Assembly: GCA_026026165.1 (NCBI GenBank)
Contig: JAPEUD010000012.1
Span: 372,001 to 436,000, forward strand
Reading direction: 5' to 3'
From: Sarea resinae
Taxonomy: Eukaryota
DNA: 64,000 nucleotides
The notes under the pieces were generated by a model. It was not told the origin of the DNA, made no database searches, and saw only the letters and a program-made list of their open reading frames with translations. The position numbers and the translations under genes were made by a program. Positions within the stretch are counted from its first letter, which is position 1. Every line of letters starts with the position of its first letter. Of this stretch, positions 11,399 through 23,640 are shown piece by piece.

Positions 11399-13627
11399 AT
11401 GCTGGACCCAGACCAGGCACGACGCATGATGGAGGAGATGGCTGTAGAGTCGACGACGACTCTCGCTTTCCGGAGACGAGATGCGTTTTCCGAGCAACGG
11501 CCAGCCAATCCCTTCAACAAGAGAGACCTACCGATCGAGCACCTTTCAATGCTACCGTTGGGTCATACAGAGAATAGGAAGAGGCCAGGAGAACTCAGCG
11601 GCAATTATTCACGTTATCATATGTTGGGGTCTAGCTAACGCGTTCGCGGTAGAGGCCGCCAACCCAAACAGAGAGCGAAAGCCACCGCCTCCCCCAACGC
11701 CAGTCACTTTCCCAAATTATAATCCCAAGCCGTGCCCTTGTTTTGAATCCACTGGCGACGACGTTGAAGTGCATGACATCTACAAGACGTTCATGAAGAT
11801 CAAGTCGCCCTCGAGCATCACCGACGAGCATTTCCGCGCTCTGCACCTCCAGTTGCATCGCGATGTCCCCATTGAAGAGCTCATTCCTTCACCCTACCTC
11901 CCCCCGAGATCGTGGCAAGAACCTCCCGCAAGACCAACTTCCCGCGATGTTTCAGCAGACAATGATGGCCCGGGGAAAAGACTCAGCAATGGCTTTCGAA
12001 CCCCTGGTCACGACGTCTTCTACGACCGTGTCAAGGAGCTCTACTTCGACAATGGCGACGCCTTCCGTGACGTCCAGCGCTTACCCCCTTTGCCTGGCCG
12101 TCCTAACACTCGATCGGCATACTTCCGGAAGTTCTATAACAATCTCGATCTAATGTCGCAATACTGGGACACCACTCTCGAGGAGTACATCCCTATTCCA
12201 TCGAAGTCATCCGAAGGCGAGGAACTCGAAAACCCTCGTGAAGCCCCCGAAGACGACGGCAGCCGTATGGACATCGACGAGCCCCAGTATAAGAAGGCAA
12301 AATTCGGCCCGCCATTTATCGGTGCTGAAAACAAGAAAGAAGGCCAAGAACGTGAACCCAGCTATAGATACAAAGGCCGTCGCCTGGGCACAGGCTCCAA
12401 CATGCCGGACTCACATCGCGAAGATGCAGTGCGAAGCTTCGTCGAGACTGTCTCGTGGGCCTTTAGCTGCCAGACCATCGGCCCTCGCGTTGCCCCTCGC
12501 GTCACAGTGCAGAACGTCTTCTTTCCCGTGCGCCTCACCGCACACATCGCACGCAATCCCTCGGATCGGTCGCTAGCACGCAGAGGTCACACCGAGGGAC
12601 CGCTTCTCGGTGTGCAATGTCGGCCCGAGACAGTGTTTCGCCTGAATGGGGGCGAGAAGGTCGACGAAGATGCCGAACGACTGGATCTGCTGCGCGAGAT
12701 CGGCGTCATGTTATTGATTGCCCAAGAACGGGCGCGAGAAACCCAGCCCGAGTTCAGACCCGGCTTTGGGAAATGGTGGACTACTGTCCCGCGATGGGGT
12801 GGTGGTACGGGTGGTGAAGGAGGCAATGATGCCGGGAACACTGATGATACTTTTCCCGGAACACAGGGACTGCACCCAAAGCAACGAGCGGCCATTATGA
12901 ATTCTGCTGCCGGTCCTGGGAAGCCGGCTACGACACCCACCGCCGCTGGCTCTGGCTCTCGACCCGGTAGCTCTGGCCCGGCTGCCTCTAGCTCTGGGAA
13001 TGGGAGATCCTCGCGCAGAGACAGAGATCGAGACAACAAGAGAGACACCAAGACTGACATGTGGAAATTCTTGAGACCAGGCATGCCGCTTTGGGATTCA
13101 AGGTTTACGTACCTTAGAATCGGGAAGGATCCGAGCGATGAGTTTGACACTGTATGTTTTCCCCGTTTCACTTATCTTCTTTTCCTTTCCGGCACTCTCA
13201 TCCGTGCCCCCAAGTTCAACCCCATGTTCATGCATTCAAACAGATCTACCTCATCTCATCACTGAACACGCACATCGCGATTCTGAAAATGCGCATCCAC
13301 CCTGTCCTACTGAACCACATCACCTACGGCGCGCGCACCCCATCACCTCCGCCTACGCCTCCGCCTTCGTCTCCGTCGTCTACAAGCAGCAACACTGGAC
13401 TCCCGACCCCGTCAACCGGACCCGCCATGTTCGGGGTCAACGCGACCTCGGCGACGGCAATCCCGGACCCGGAACAGATACTCCGGCTGCTGAAGCAGGG
13501 TGGCAAGGAGAAATATATCCTGCCGCTGCAGCGCACGCGATGGTTCAATCTCTTCGACATCGAGGACAGGGTCGAAGCCTTGAGGGGCGTGTGGGGCATC
13601 TTGGCGTACTTGATGCGGCCGCAGTGA
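11399..13627 (+). CDS. Conserved-looking fungal hypothetical protein (~650-680 aa); first exon ambiguous, then 11653-13151 and 13244-13627
   Basis: Long ORF with family-like motifs FRKFY..L..MSQYWDT, YKGRRLGTGSNMP, GKWWTTVPRWGGG, IYLISSLNTH and RTRWFNLF. Intron 13152-13243 (GTATGT..CAG) restores the frame. Acceptor CTAAC..TAG at 11652. Confidence 0.8.
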
Positions 13628-14299
13628 ATCAATCAATCAGTCTGTTTGCATGTGGATGTGGACGAACATGTAGACTGACTGACAAGAGCTGCTGGACGTA
13701 GATGCTGGACGTAGATGCTGGACTAGAATAACCTACCCTAGCCTAGGCTACCTAGGATCTTTACATAGTCGAGGAAGACACGGAAGGGGGGAATGGAGAG
13801 GGATTTTGCTCGCTCGCGTCATTATAGATGGATGTCATTCATCATCGCTACCTACCTTACCTATTCCACTGATGGGGTAGGATACGATAGCGTAGCAAAG
13901 CATAGGATAGGAAATGATAAACCAATCTCTCAATCTCTCAATCTCAATTCAAATCGTCTCTTCTCTCTTCTTCCTTCGCCCGTCTGCTTTCTCGCTTGGA
14001 TAAATCGAATCTCCGAGCCTAGGACTTCAACGGGCAGACAAAAGAAAGAATGCATAACAAAACCGGAAACCCCCTCCCTCCCCCTATTTGTCCAAGGGAA
14101 AGAGTAGAAAAACCGAGAAATAGATGCTGCCGAATATAGATGGCCTGTGCGGTTTATATTTTGATGCAAGATTGGTCAGTGGACTGGATAGACTGGGTAG
14201 ACCGCCAAAGGTAGACCTGCCTGATAGATAAACCTACCTTACCTAGGGAAATAGGGTAAGGTAATAAGACAACACAATATATAGAAGTACTAGATCCTA

Positions 14300-14421
14300 C
14301 TATCTCCCCGGCTGGCAAGGCTGCCTCGTACAGGTACTATTTATTGCGACTCCTGCGATGAATTAGGAAAGTGTACTCCAGAATACTTAACGGCAGCCCT
14401 CCTTGCCAGCCAGGGAGATAG
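14300..14421. repeat. ~122-bp element with ~26-bp imperfect terminal inverted repeats (MITE-like/hairpin)
   Basis: Left arm 14300-14325 CTATCTCCCCGGCTGGCAAGGCTGCC; right arm 14392-14421 GGCAG[CCCT]CCTTGCCAGCCAGGGAGATAG. One mismatch and one 4-nt insertion. Confidence 0.6.
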
Positions 14422-14848
14422 CAGAGCGGAGCAGAGCGGAGGGAGGTGATAAGAGATTCAGCGAAATATACACAATACACACACATATATGCATATAGAG
14501 GTAGGTATATACACATATAGAGAAAAAAAAGGCCTCTTGTGTTTTCTTGTCTGCCTGTCTGTTTGCATCTAGATGCGTATGTAACTACCTACCGACCTAA
14601 TGGAGAAACACATTGCAGAGGAAGGATCATCCAATAGCTCACTTCAGTTCTAGTTCCGGTGTGCTGTGGTTCCGTTTGATCTGGGCCCAAATTCGTACGC
14701 ATGCATATATATATATACATCTAACCTTCCTCTCTGTTTCGATATCTTTCTGGAATTCTTTCTTTCTTTCTTTGTTATCTACTATATATACCCAGACCTA
14801 TACCGTACCAAGCGTGAGGCTACATTTCCTTGACGGTTGCCCCGTTCT

Positions 14849-14850
<2 letters not shown>

Positions 14851-14898
<48 letters not shown>

Positions 14899-14902
14899 CT
14901 CT
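14851..14902. repeat. (CTCTGG)8 hexanucleotide microsatellite
   Basis: Read directly; it explains the spurious ALALAL/EPEPEP/RARARA/SQSQSQ ORFs. Confidence 0.95.
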
Positions 14903-15343
14903 CTTGTCCGGCTGATGGAAATACGTGAAAAACGAACGGCGTACACAGAGGGGCTCGTGAGCAGCGAGAGAGCACGAGAATAAGCACAAGCAAGAGCAGG
15001 TCGAGAAATACTTGAACGGGTACAGCTCTCCGTTTCTGCGTCCAACAAACGTTCCGTCCATTCATTCGTTCGTTCGCTCGTCTGTTGATAGACTGTCCAA
15101 GTGAACACAACATTGCACCCGTCGTCGTCCCGTAAACGCATGGGAGTTTTCCTGCCTCCGGCTCCACCCAGAGAGAGGCCTTCGACTATGATTTGAAGTT
15201 GATCAGATCGAGTCGAGACCGAGATAGCATGACATGAGTACTATCGTGCCCACCATCTCCTCTTCTGTTCATCCTCCCCCTCCTCCCCACTTAGCTTTCA
15301 TTTCCTACGCCTTATCCCCAAACCAATTCATCCCGACCCGACT

Positions 15344-17158
15344 CTATGAGCTCGTCTTCTCCCACGGCAAACTGAAAGTGCCTACCCAATCCTCGACCTC
15401 GGACCTCAATTCGAGAATCTCGTTGACGTTGTCGCCCTCGCCGACGAACTCGAGGAACGCCTTGACGCTGCCGGGGTTCTTCCTGCCCTTTTTCTCTGCC
15501 TCCTCACGCGCGCTCTTGTCCAGTCGCTGCGTGATGATGACGACGCGATCCACGATGTCGGCCACGCGCTTGAAATCTGTCGGCTTGAACCCGCGCGTCG
15601 TCATGGCCGGCGTGCCCATCCGGAGTCCGCCGGGCTTCATCGCGCTCTTGTCGCCGGGCACCGTATTCTTATTTGCGGCCACTCCCACTAGCTCGAGGAT
15701 ACGTTCGACGCGGGCGCCATCGACGCCGCGGTCTTTGAGATCGATCAGCACAAGGTGGTTTTCCGTGAGACCGCCTACGATCTTATACCCGAGTCCGCCC
15801 TCGCCCTTCGGCTGGCCAAGGCGGTCGGCGAAAGCTTTGGCATTTTGGAGAACGGTGGACTGGTAGTCTTTGAAGTCCTGCGTTTGGGCTTGTTTGAGGG
15901 CAACGGCGAGGGCAGTGATGGTGTGGTTGTGGGGCCCGCCTTGGTGACCTGGAAAGACTGAGGAGTTGATGGGGCCTTCGAGGTCGTAGAGCACTTCATT
16001 GCCCTTCTTGTCAACGCGGCGGACACCCTTGCGGAAGAAGATCATGGCGCCGCGGGGACCCCGGAGGGATTTGTGGGTTGTGGTAGTGACGATATCAGAG
16101 TGTGGGAAGGGTGAGGGGATGACTTCGCCGGCTACGAGGCCAGAAATATGTGCCATGTCGCTAAGAAGATAAGCTCCCACGTTATCCGCGATGGATTTCA
16201 TTCGGCCGTAGTCTATCAACCGACTATATGCAGAGGTGCCAGCTATGATGATCTTTGGTCGATATAGCAGAGCAAGATCCTCTAGCTTATCGTAGTCAAT
16301 TACACCTGTAGATTCATCGAGGCGATATGGAAGAGTCTCAAAGTATTTTGATATGGCAGATATCTTTTTGGTCGGTGTCTGATAACCGTGCGACAGATGT
16401 CCACCATGTGGGAGGTCGAGACCCATTATTCGGTCATGAGTGTTCAGAACGGCGGAGTAAGCATATAGATTGGCAGGCGAACCGGAGAGTGCTGGATTGA
16501 GTCGTTAGAGCTGGTCACCAAACGAGGAAACGACTGGACTCACGTTGTACATTTACGCCCCATTCTTCTTCCTTCAGGCCGAATGCCTGTAGTGCCCGCC
16601 GTTGACATAGCCGCTCGGCCTCGTCAATGTGTTCGTTTCCTCCATAGTATCGTGCTCCCGGGTATCCTTCCGAATATTTGTCTGGTCATTGTTAGAGAGC
16701 ACTTTCACACGCAGGTTTGGTGGACGACATACTCTGCATCACACTACCTAGCGCATCGAGGACGGCCTGAGAGGTAAAGTTCTCCGATGGGATGAGGTTG
16801 ATGAAATGCTTCTGCCGTCTCTTTTCCTGAAATGGGCGTAAGACAGTGTGATATGACATCTATAAGGCGCTGCGGAGCTTGGTGCTTACTCTCTCCAGGA
16901 TCTCATATATTTCCGGGTCGGACTCGTCGAGGCGCGCGGAGAGCATCTGCAATCGGTCGCATGTCAGGATAAGTGCGACAATGATCAGACTTCTACTTTA
17001 CATACTTTGTGCTGCTGCTCACTCGACATGATTGCGTAGCCCCGCCATCTCGCCCGCCCTTGCTGGATCTGCGGCCGGCATGCGGCGGCAACGGGTCTTG
17101 TGCAACTGCCGCCCGAGAGAGTTCGTGAGGCCAGACAGGAACCTCTAAAGAGCGACAT
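15344..17158 (-). CDS. SHM1: Serine hydroxymethyltransferase, mitochondrial, 529 aa; exons 17158-17006, 16946-16890, 16826-16733, 16681-16544, 16491-15344
   Basis: [37 protein letters not shown]-lysine motif [24 protein letters not shown]. Arg/Ser-rich N-terminal presequence and four canonical introns. Confidence 0.97.
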
Positions 17159-19040
17159 GACGCCCAATGAGTCTGAGCCGGTTCACAAGAGACAGAGGGA
17201 CGAGACTGGCACTATGAAGATCCTGAGATGTGAGAAGAAGACGGGGGGCGGGTGAATTGATTATTATTGTTCTGTGGTGATGGATCGCAGAAGCGCAGAG
17301 TCTGGTACAGAGTAGGTATTGGATGATGATATGATACGAGATCTTACCGTCACTCTCTCAGTCTCTCACTCGGTCACTCGGTCGCTCGGTCACCAATAAT
17401 CGACTGTTCTTCTGTCCTTCACCGCACAAAGTACCTTGAATGCACAGTATACCGCCGTGTACCACAGGGTACCATCGTAAGTACTCGTGGCTCCTGGGTC
17501 TCCCCACATCAACTGATGTACTCGCTAGTACGTGCGGAGTACCTGGTCCCTCGGTCCCTCGCTTGGTCAGCCAGACTGACAGGCGCTCGTATATTTCAAC
17601 CTCGTCCCCTTCTCGCTCTCTCCCTTCTTCTCTTTCCTCTTCACACAACTAAATCCAAGATGAAGAGACGGCTTTGCGGCAGCACCAGCTCTCACTCGTC
17701 TGGTGCAAGCCAGACGACGTGGGCGATGCTGACATGTCCCGGGCCCTCCTCACCACCTTCGAGGGTCAATTTGAAACGTCTGATTGGATTCTTGTGTCTT
17801 GATCTCTGATCAACAATCATCGATATCTCTCTCCCCCGTCTATCTTTCGTCCGAACTCGCTCTGCCGAATGCCTTCCGTTTTTGATTTTTGCCAACTCTA
17901 GTCATACCAAAAATGAAAAATAATTAAACTAATAAAGATTGCTATCGCTCTCAGTCCGCTGTGCCACCGCTGTGCCAACTCGAATCGTCTGATGTGTGGA
18001 TCTTCGCCGATATCTCCATGATTTGCGCAGATTGCCCCTATCGCTAAAACATGACGTGACGCTGCATCGTCGACGACTTTCTGTTTTTTGATCTTTTGCT
18101 GATGATGTAGGGCTAGCTGGATTGTCTATATTCGCATCTTGCAGGAAAGCCGACAGACTGTCCTTGCTATTTATCCCTTCCCGTGCCGGCTCGATGATAC
18201 TCTTTAATTATGGTAGTGGCTGCTGCCGCGCTGAAGCAGGAAGGTGAAGAGAAGGAACGAGAGATGCAGTTGGCCCTCCACGGAGAGAAAGAGGGAGACC
18301 ACGGTTCCGCTGTATGCTAGCTGGATATTGGCGCCGTTCTACAGCGACTTTAATGTTCGGTGCTTTATCAATGCTCTCTGTAAGTCCCTCCTCAATTCTT
18401 GCTCTCGTTCTTGTCGTTCTTGGTCTTCGTTTGCTTCGTTCAAGAACTTTTTGCGACATGTCGACGCGAGACCATCTTCTGCATCAGTACCTATTGAATT
18501 GAAGTTGCCCTCCAGCTGCATACGCAAATTTGCACATGCCGTGAATGACATCCACGATGGCGCCCTGCCAACCTTATATATCGGTCGGTTCCAAGACTCC
18601 GCGCCTTGATACTTTTGCCTCTCGATCTTCCGCTTACAACTTCAATTCTCGAAACTCCACTCATACCTCAAACCCACGGCGTTCTGCTGCCTTTTATCTG
18701 CAACTGCCATCCACCACGCTCGTCTCCCAGGTTCCCTTCTTTGAAGCCGAACGAGCAGGACACTTGATCTTTCAAGCCACGAAGAAAGGTGCCACAATTT
18801 GCTGAATTGTCAGGTAGGTTAGGTCTGATGCCTCACTTCTCGCGTTTTGATCTGACCTGGCTTCAAATAGATCCCACGACAACAGCCGACATTCGGTCAC
18901 CACAAAAAAAGTCTCCATTGAAAAGTAAGGCATTTACTCGTCCTGCATAGCGTTTCATCCAGTATTGGTTTCCGGCCAATGTCGCGATCAGGTGCGGGAA
19001 TGCTAACGACCACGGCTCTAGACTTGCACTCACTAAGATT

Positions 19041-20450
19041 ATGGTTTCGAAAAAGTCTTGGCCTCAGCAGCATCTTGCTGAGGCTGGTCTGCAACCTGGA
19101 CAACCTAGCGGAAATGAAAACACCGGGAGCGCTCGAAATGCGGGTGTTCGTGAGCCTAGCCCACTCACTCTCCTACATAACGCGCCAGGAGTGTGCAGTC
19201 TCAAGGGTCTCTACGCTAGGCTACGTGACGTCGATAAAGGTAAAATCTTTGTCGACGAAGATTATGGGCAGGATCCTAGCGACTCAGAATCGGACCGTCC
19301 CCACGAGGCATCCAAGGTCACGCGTCGCGTTCGTACTTCGCCTGTGGGATCAGAGGATCCTAATATCCGTCCAACTACACAGCGCCAGGGGTTTCAAGAC
19401 GTCCAAGATGTCGACGACGGCTCTCTCCATGTTGAGCACTGGCTGGCCATACCGGAGGATATGCTGAAGCATAATGAGAATTTGATAATAAAAATCAAAA
19501 CCAAGCCGGGAAGCCACGGGGAGTTTGTCTGTACGCTGGGGTTCCCAAAACAAGCTCAAGGCGCCGAACGCATCGTTACGGCCGTCAATCCATCTCGCAG
19601 TGGGACTTTGATGGCTCATACGGGGCTCGGATACGAGGTTCAGGTCTCGATGGGCAACTCTACCACAGTATCTCAGAATCGCCGAGTTTCTCCCAGCAAC
19701 AGCAAGTCACCAACCCGCACCGGCTACCAGCCACGCATCTCGGGCGAAGGCTCGGCCACTGGCTTCCTCAGTCTGCCGCCAGAGCTCCGCAATCGTGTAT
19801 ATCGGCTAGTACTTGTTGACGAGGATCCTGTCAACTTCGGGAGTCGAAGGAACTTCCAGCGCTCGAGCGCGTTTCTTCGCACATGTCGTCAAGTGCATCA
19901 GGAGGGTCGTGGCATTCTCTATGGCGAAAACTCGTTCGACTTTGAGAAGGAGAGCATCACCCGTGGCCATTACTTCGAAGAGAAATGGAAGGAGATTTGG
20001 TGGGAAGATGTCGAGTTGTTCCTTTTCACCATCGGTCCTGTGAACATCTCCCTCATGCGCGAGATTGCCTTTTTCTTCTCTGACGCTTCAGTTCATCACG
20101 CACCTGATCCCGATGAGCGCCGCTTCATCAACGATCCACACCTTCGCCATTGCCTGATTATGCTGGGTGACCATGGCCACTTCCACAAAGTATCACTTTG
20201 CTTCAACCCTAGGAAAGCCATCTCTACGTTGGCCTGCCCCTTTCTGAATGCCCTCAGTCGTATCCAATCCGATGAAGTGTGGATCCCTAAGCCCCCGGAT
20301 TATATTCCAGTCAGGATCTCTCAAAGAATCGTGGATGCCTTGAAAGTGACGATGACGAAGGGCAAGCAGGGCAAGACGTCTTTCTCTCGGCGCGGCAAGA
20401 CCGAGTTCTGGAGGACTGCATTGGATCAGATGAATGAGATGGAGGAATGA
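19041..20450 (+). CDS. Hypothetical protein, 469 aa, with disordered N-terminus and F-box-like (LPxELR) C-terminal domain
   Basis: FLSLPPELRNRVYRLVL and FLRTCRQVHQEGRGILYGENSFDF are typical of the large fungal F-box-like/2EXR-like families. Confidence 0.8.
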   Translation: MVSKKSWPQQHLAEAGLQPGQPSGNENTGSARNAGVREPSPLTLLHNAPGVCSLKGLYARLRDVDKGKIFVDEDYGQDPSDSESDRPHEASKVTRRVRTSPVGSEDPNIRPTTQRQGFQDVQDVDDGSLHVEHWLAIPEDMLKHNENLIIKIKTKPGSHGEFVCTLGFPKQAQGAERIVTAVNPSRSGTLMAHTGLGYEVQVSMGNSTTVSQNRRVSPSNSKSPTRTGYQPRISGEGSATGFLSLPPELRNRVYRLVLVDEDPVNFGSRRNFQRSSAFLRTCRQVHQEGRGILYGENSFDFEKESITRGHYFEEKWKEIWWEDVELFLFTIGPVNISLMREIAFFFSDASVHHAPDPDERRFINDPHLRHCLIMLGDHGHFHKVSLCFNPRKAISTLACPFLNALSRIQSDEVWIPKPPDYIPVRISQRIVDALKVTMTKGKQGKTSFSRRGKTEFWRTALDQMNEMEE

Positions 20451-23400
20451 ATCTGACGGAAAGTATGGGGGGCCCTTCATCTTACTCATCTCGGTAGCAC
20501 ATTGCTGTCCTTGTCATTGGGTCTCCTGTTCTACTTACTGTCTGTTCAGTACCCATTCCATCTACCCCCATTCGCCTGGATGGACTTTGGGTGGCAGTTT
20601 CTTTCATCTTTGCGATCCATGCTCATCTGCGTCTTGCCTTGCACACAGTCTTTCTACCGGCATCCCTTGCTACTAAATGCACGTTTCGATTATACGATAA
20701 GTGGGTGGTAGACTCCTACGATTCTCGGTTCAGAAATCGCCTGTCCCTACGAAACGGGCCCTTTTTACGGCAATCACCTATGTTGTAGCTAATCGATCAT
20801 GAATGTATCAATGAATCAATGAATCAATGACCAAAATCATGCCCCACCTTCATATTTCGACCATCTCGCCTGGGACGGACAGATTGAAGGGATATAGCTG
20901 CGTGCTCATGAATTCTCCAGCCGTCGACCTTTTCGAAGCAAGCTTGCCATGTAACCCCTCAAAGACTAATATAATAGCAGGCCTTCAGGTTCTGCTTCAG
21001 ACCGGGTGATGCAGGTTTCAAACGTCGAGTCTAGAAGGTTACTTCTATCCCCGCTGTCAAGCCAGTGTTCAGCCATCCCCCCACCCCAGTCGGGGTTGGA
21101 ATGGTGGATGTTGCGGTTCTTGTCCGGGCACGGACGTGGCGTGGAAGGCGAAACGTGCCGTGTTTGGCGTTCTGGCTTCGGCGCTGCTAGTTATATATCT
21201 CAGCTACCCGTACCTTGGCTCGTTGTTTTATTTTTTGAGTGGGTGTGGGCGTGTTTGAAAACTGGGGTATTGGCATGTGGTGGTGGTGGGTAGCAATGTG
21301 GTGGGGATGACGGAGAACAGGGCCTTGAAGTTTGGAAACGAGGGTAAAGAAGCAAAACAGAGACGCTCAAACGGCGGAGGCAAGCCAAGCGAGCGGGAGT
21401 GGCTTTTGCAGTGGAGAGGGGGGGGGGGCTTGTCCCCGTTGTTTTGGCTTTGGGGGTAGCGGGAAGCGAGATTCTGTATATACCCCTTGATGCGCGTGCA
21501 GGGTGAGCGCGAGGACCTGAGGGATACTTTTGATAGTAGTGTTCTTTTGACCGGCTGGGTGCTGTCGGTCATGGGCAGAGGGAGAAAAGGAAGAAGAAGG
21601 ATTTTGACGATGACGGATAGGCGAGGGAGGTGATCGGGGCTTTCTGCTCCGGTTGTCTTGCTGGCCAGGCCAGGCCGTGATCGTCGTCGTCGTCGTCTCA
21701 CTGCAGGTGCGTACTGTGTAGTCAATCGTCGTAGATTTTCCACGGCCATTCTAAAGTCAAGTAGAGTAGAGCAGAGTGGAATACTTCAGAGTGCACTCTT
21801 ATCATCACACTACAGGCACGCAATCATGGTCGTGATCGGGAGATCAGAAAACCCGGAATCAAGGCATTATCTGAGTCGAGTGATGAGATACGGATACATA
21901 GTAGGAAGGACCACCGACTATGATGCAGAGTACTACGACGTAGTATGTAGGGGTTTTGGCCGGTTTTGCTTTCAGAGGTTTGGTGGGCCGGCTGATGATG
22001 CTGGCCCCGTTGATGGTTGATGGCCCGGTGGGTGGGTGGGGACCGGTTCGTGCTAAGGCGTAGCGTCGCATCGGCACTCAATGGGTGTGGCGCCTGTCTG
22101 TTGGTCTTGGGGATCCGCTCTTCTGGTTTGTTCTAGGGGAGTGGCACGTACTTCGTACGACGTTACCTGCCCTGAACTGAAGAGATGACGGGCTGGAACT
22201 AGCAAATGACGCTTGATCTCGCTGTCATTGGAACCTTACTCGGACAGTACAGCAAAAGCCGGATTTCCATCCCATTCTGCTATCAGGTCTCGAGCCGCCC
22301 GGAGTCGACAATGAGCCTAAGATAAGCACTCACGTTAGCCTCAGACCTGCCATCCGGTTGAGGCGTCCGACCCCTTGAACCCCTATGCCACCTTTCCCAA
22401 TCGGCACAGACCGCCATCTCCAGGCCATCTCCTCTCAGAAGTCGATGACCGATCTGGGCGACGAGACGGCAGAATAGTCTCATCCGAGGGTTCGATCGGT
22501 CGATGGCAGCGAGTGAGCTATTCAGCACATCACTAGCACTTTCCGGAGTGAGCGGAGCTCATGGGCCATACTCCGATACACCCAATGATCCCAACACGGC
22601 CTTGGCCCTGAGCCGGGGTGGCTTCTTCTTCTATTTGACAGAAGGTGGTGAGCTGTGAGCTGCCATCCACGGCGGCAGTGGCAGTGTTACCTGCGGAACA
22701 TGCTTCTTTCCATGTGATGGCGACTGCATTGCTGGGATGACGCTGCTCAGGCATGGCGAATAACGACCACAGGTCAGAGCCATGTGTGCGTGCAAGGACT
22801 CTAACTTTCGAGATCGCATAATTGACTGCTGCGCTACTTTTCGTCTTGTATAGCCTCAGTCTTCTTGACAACCTTCCTGAAGTTCGGTGATAGTCTATTT
22901 CCTAGCCAGGCTTTCTCCTTCTCTGTCACTGGCGGCCATGCAAGTGCCCCACTCGACATGTCGATCCCTTCCACTATCATGCTCGCCTGTCAAGCCATCC
23001 CATCCTCTAGCCATCTGTCATGCTTCTGGCCTATCTCCTTCTCCTTCCATGGCACTCGGCACAGAGGGCGTTTCGTCTCCTGGCAAATGATCCCGGTCCA
23101 ACGTATGCCGGACAGGGCAATCAAATAGTCTATTGATGCATGGCGGACCATTTCGCCATTCAGATGCGGCTCGTGCTGGTGACGACTGGGATAGAGCTAC
23201 TACTGTAGCTTCTGCTCTGGACTGCACGAGGGAAGGACCTTATCGCTAGCCACTTACGTTCCCAACGTGCCTGAATCGCGCCCTGGTTCGTTCCATGGTT
23301 CCTGCGTCTGAGAAGTTGGGCCTGAGCGAGATGAGTTAGCGATGCCGATGGTGCAAGAGTGGGATAGTATTTGCTGGTTGCTTGTGGGAGGAAGGAGTAT

Positions 23401-23640
23401 TTACATCTAGCTTCTCGCCCCCTCTTGATTGTTTTCCTTTTTTCTTCAGTCCCGCTCTTGCACCGTACAGTCTTCACGTTCGCTGCTCTCTCAAGTAAGC
23501 ATCGAAAAAGCTCAAGGCAAGTCCTAGCTTTACGACGTCTTCATCGTCAATCTCATCTCAGCGCTAGACGCTCAGTCGCTCTCAATTCGAATCGAATTCG
23601 AAAACCATCCCGAGGACCCAAAGAAAAACAGTCAATCAAG

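Noticed and set aside
14613..15167. ORFs with ALALAL, EPEPEP, RARARA and SQSQSQ repeats
   Set aside because: They are translations of the (CTCTGG)8 microsatellite.
21228..21572. 114-aa minus-strand ORF (MTDSTQPVKR..) after a pyrimidine tract
   Set aside because: Low complexity, spans a homopolymer run, and shows no codon bias or motif. An orphan gene or lncRNA cannot be excluded.
23371..23640. 90-codon in-frame extension upstream of the secreted peptide
   Set aside because: It starts at TTG and would bury the signal peptide; ATG 23641 has ideal context.
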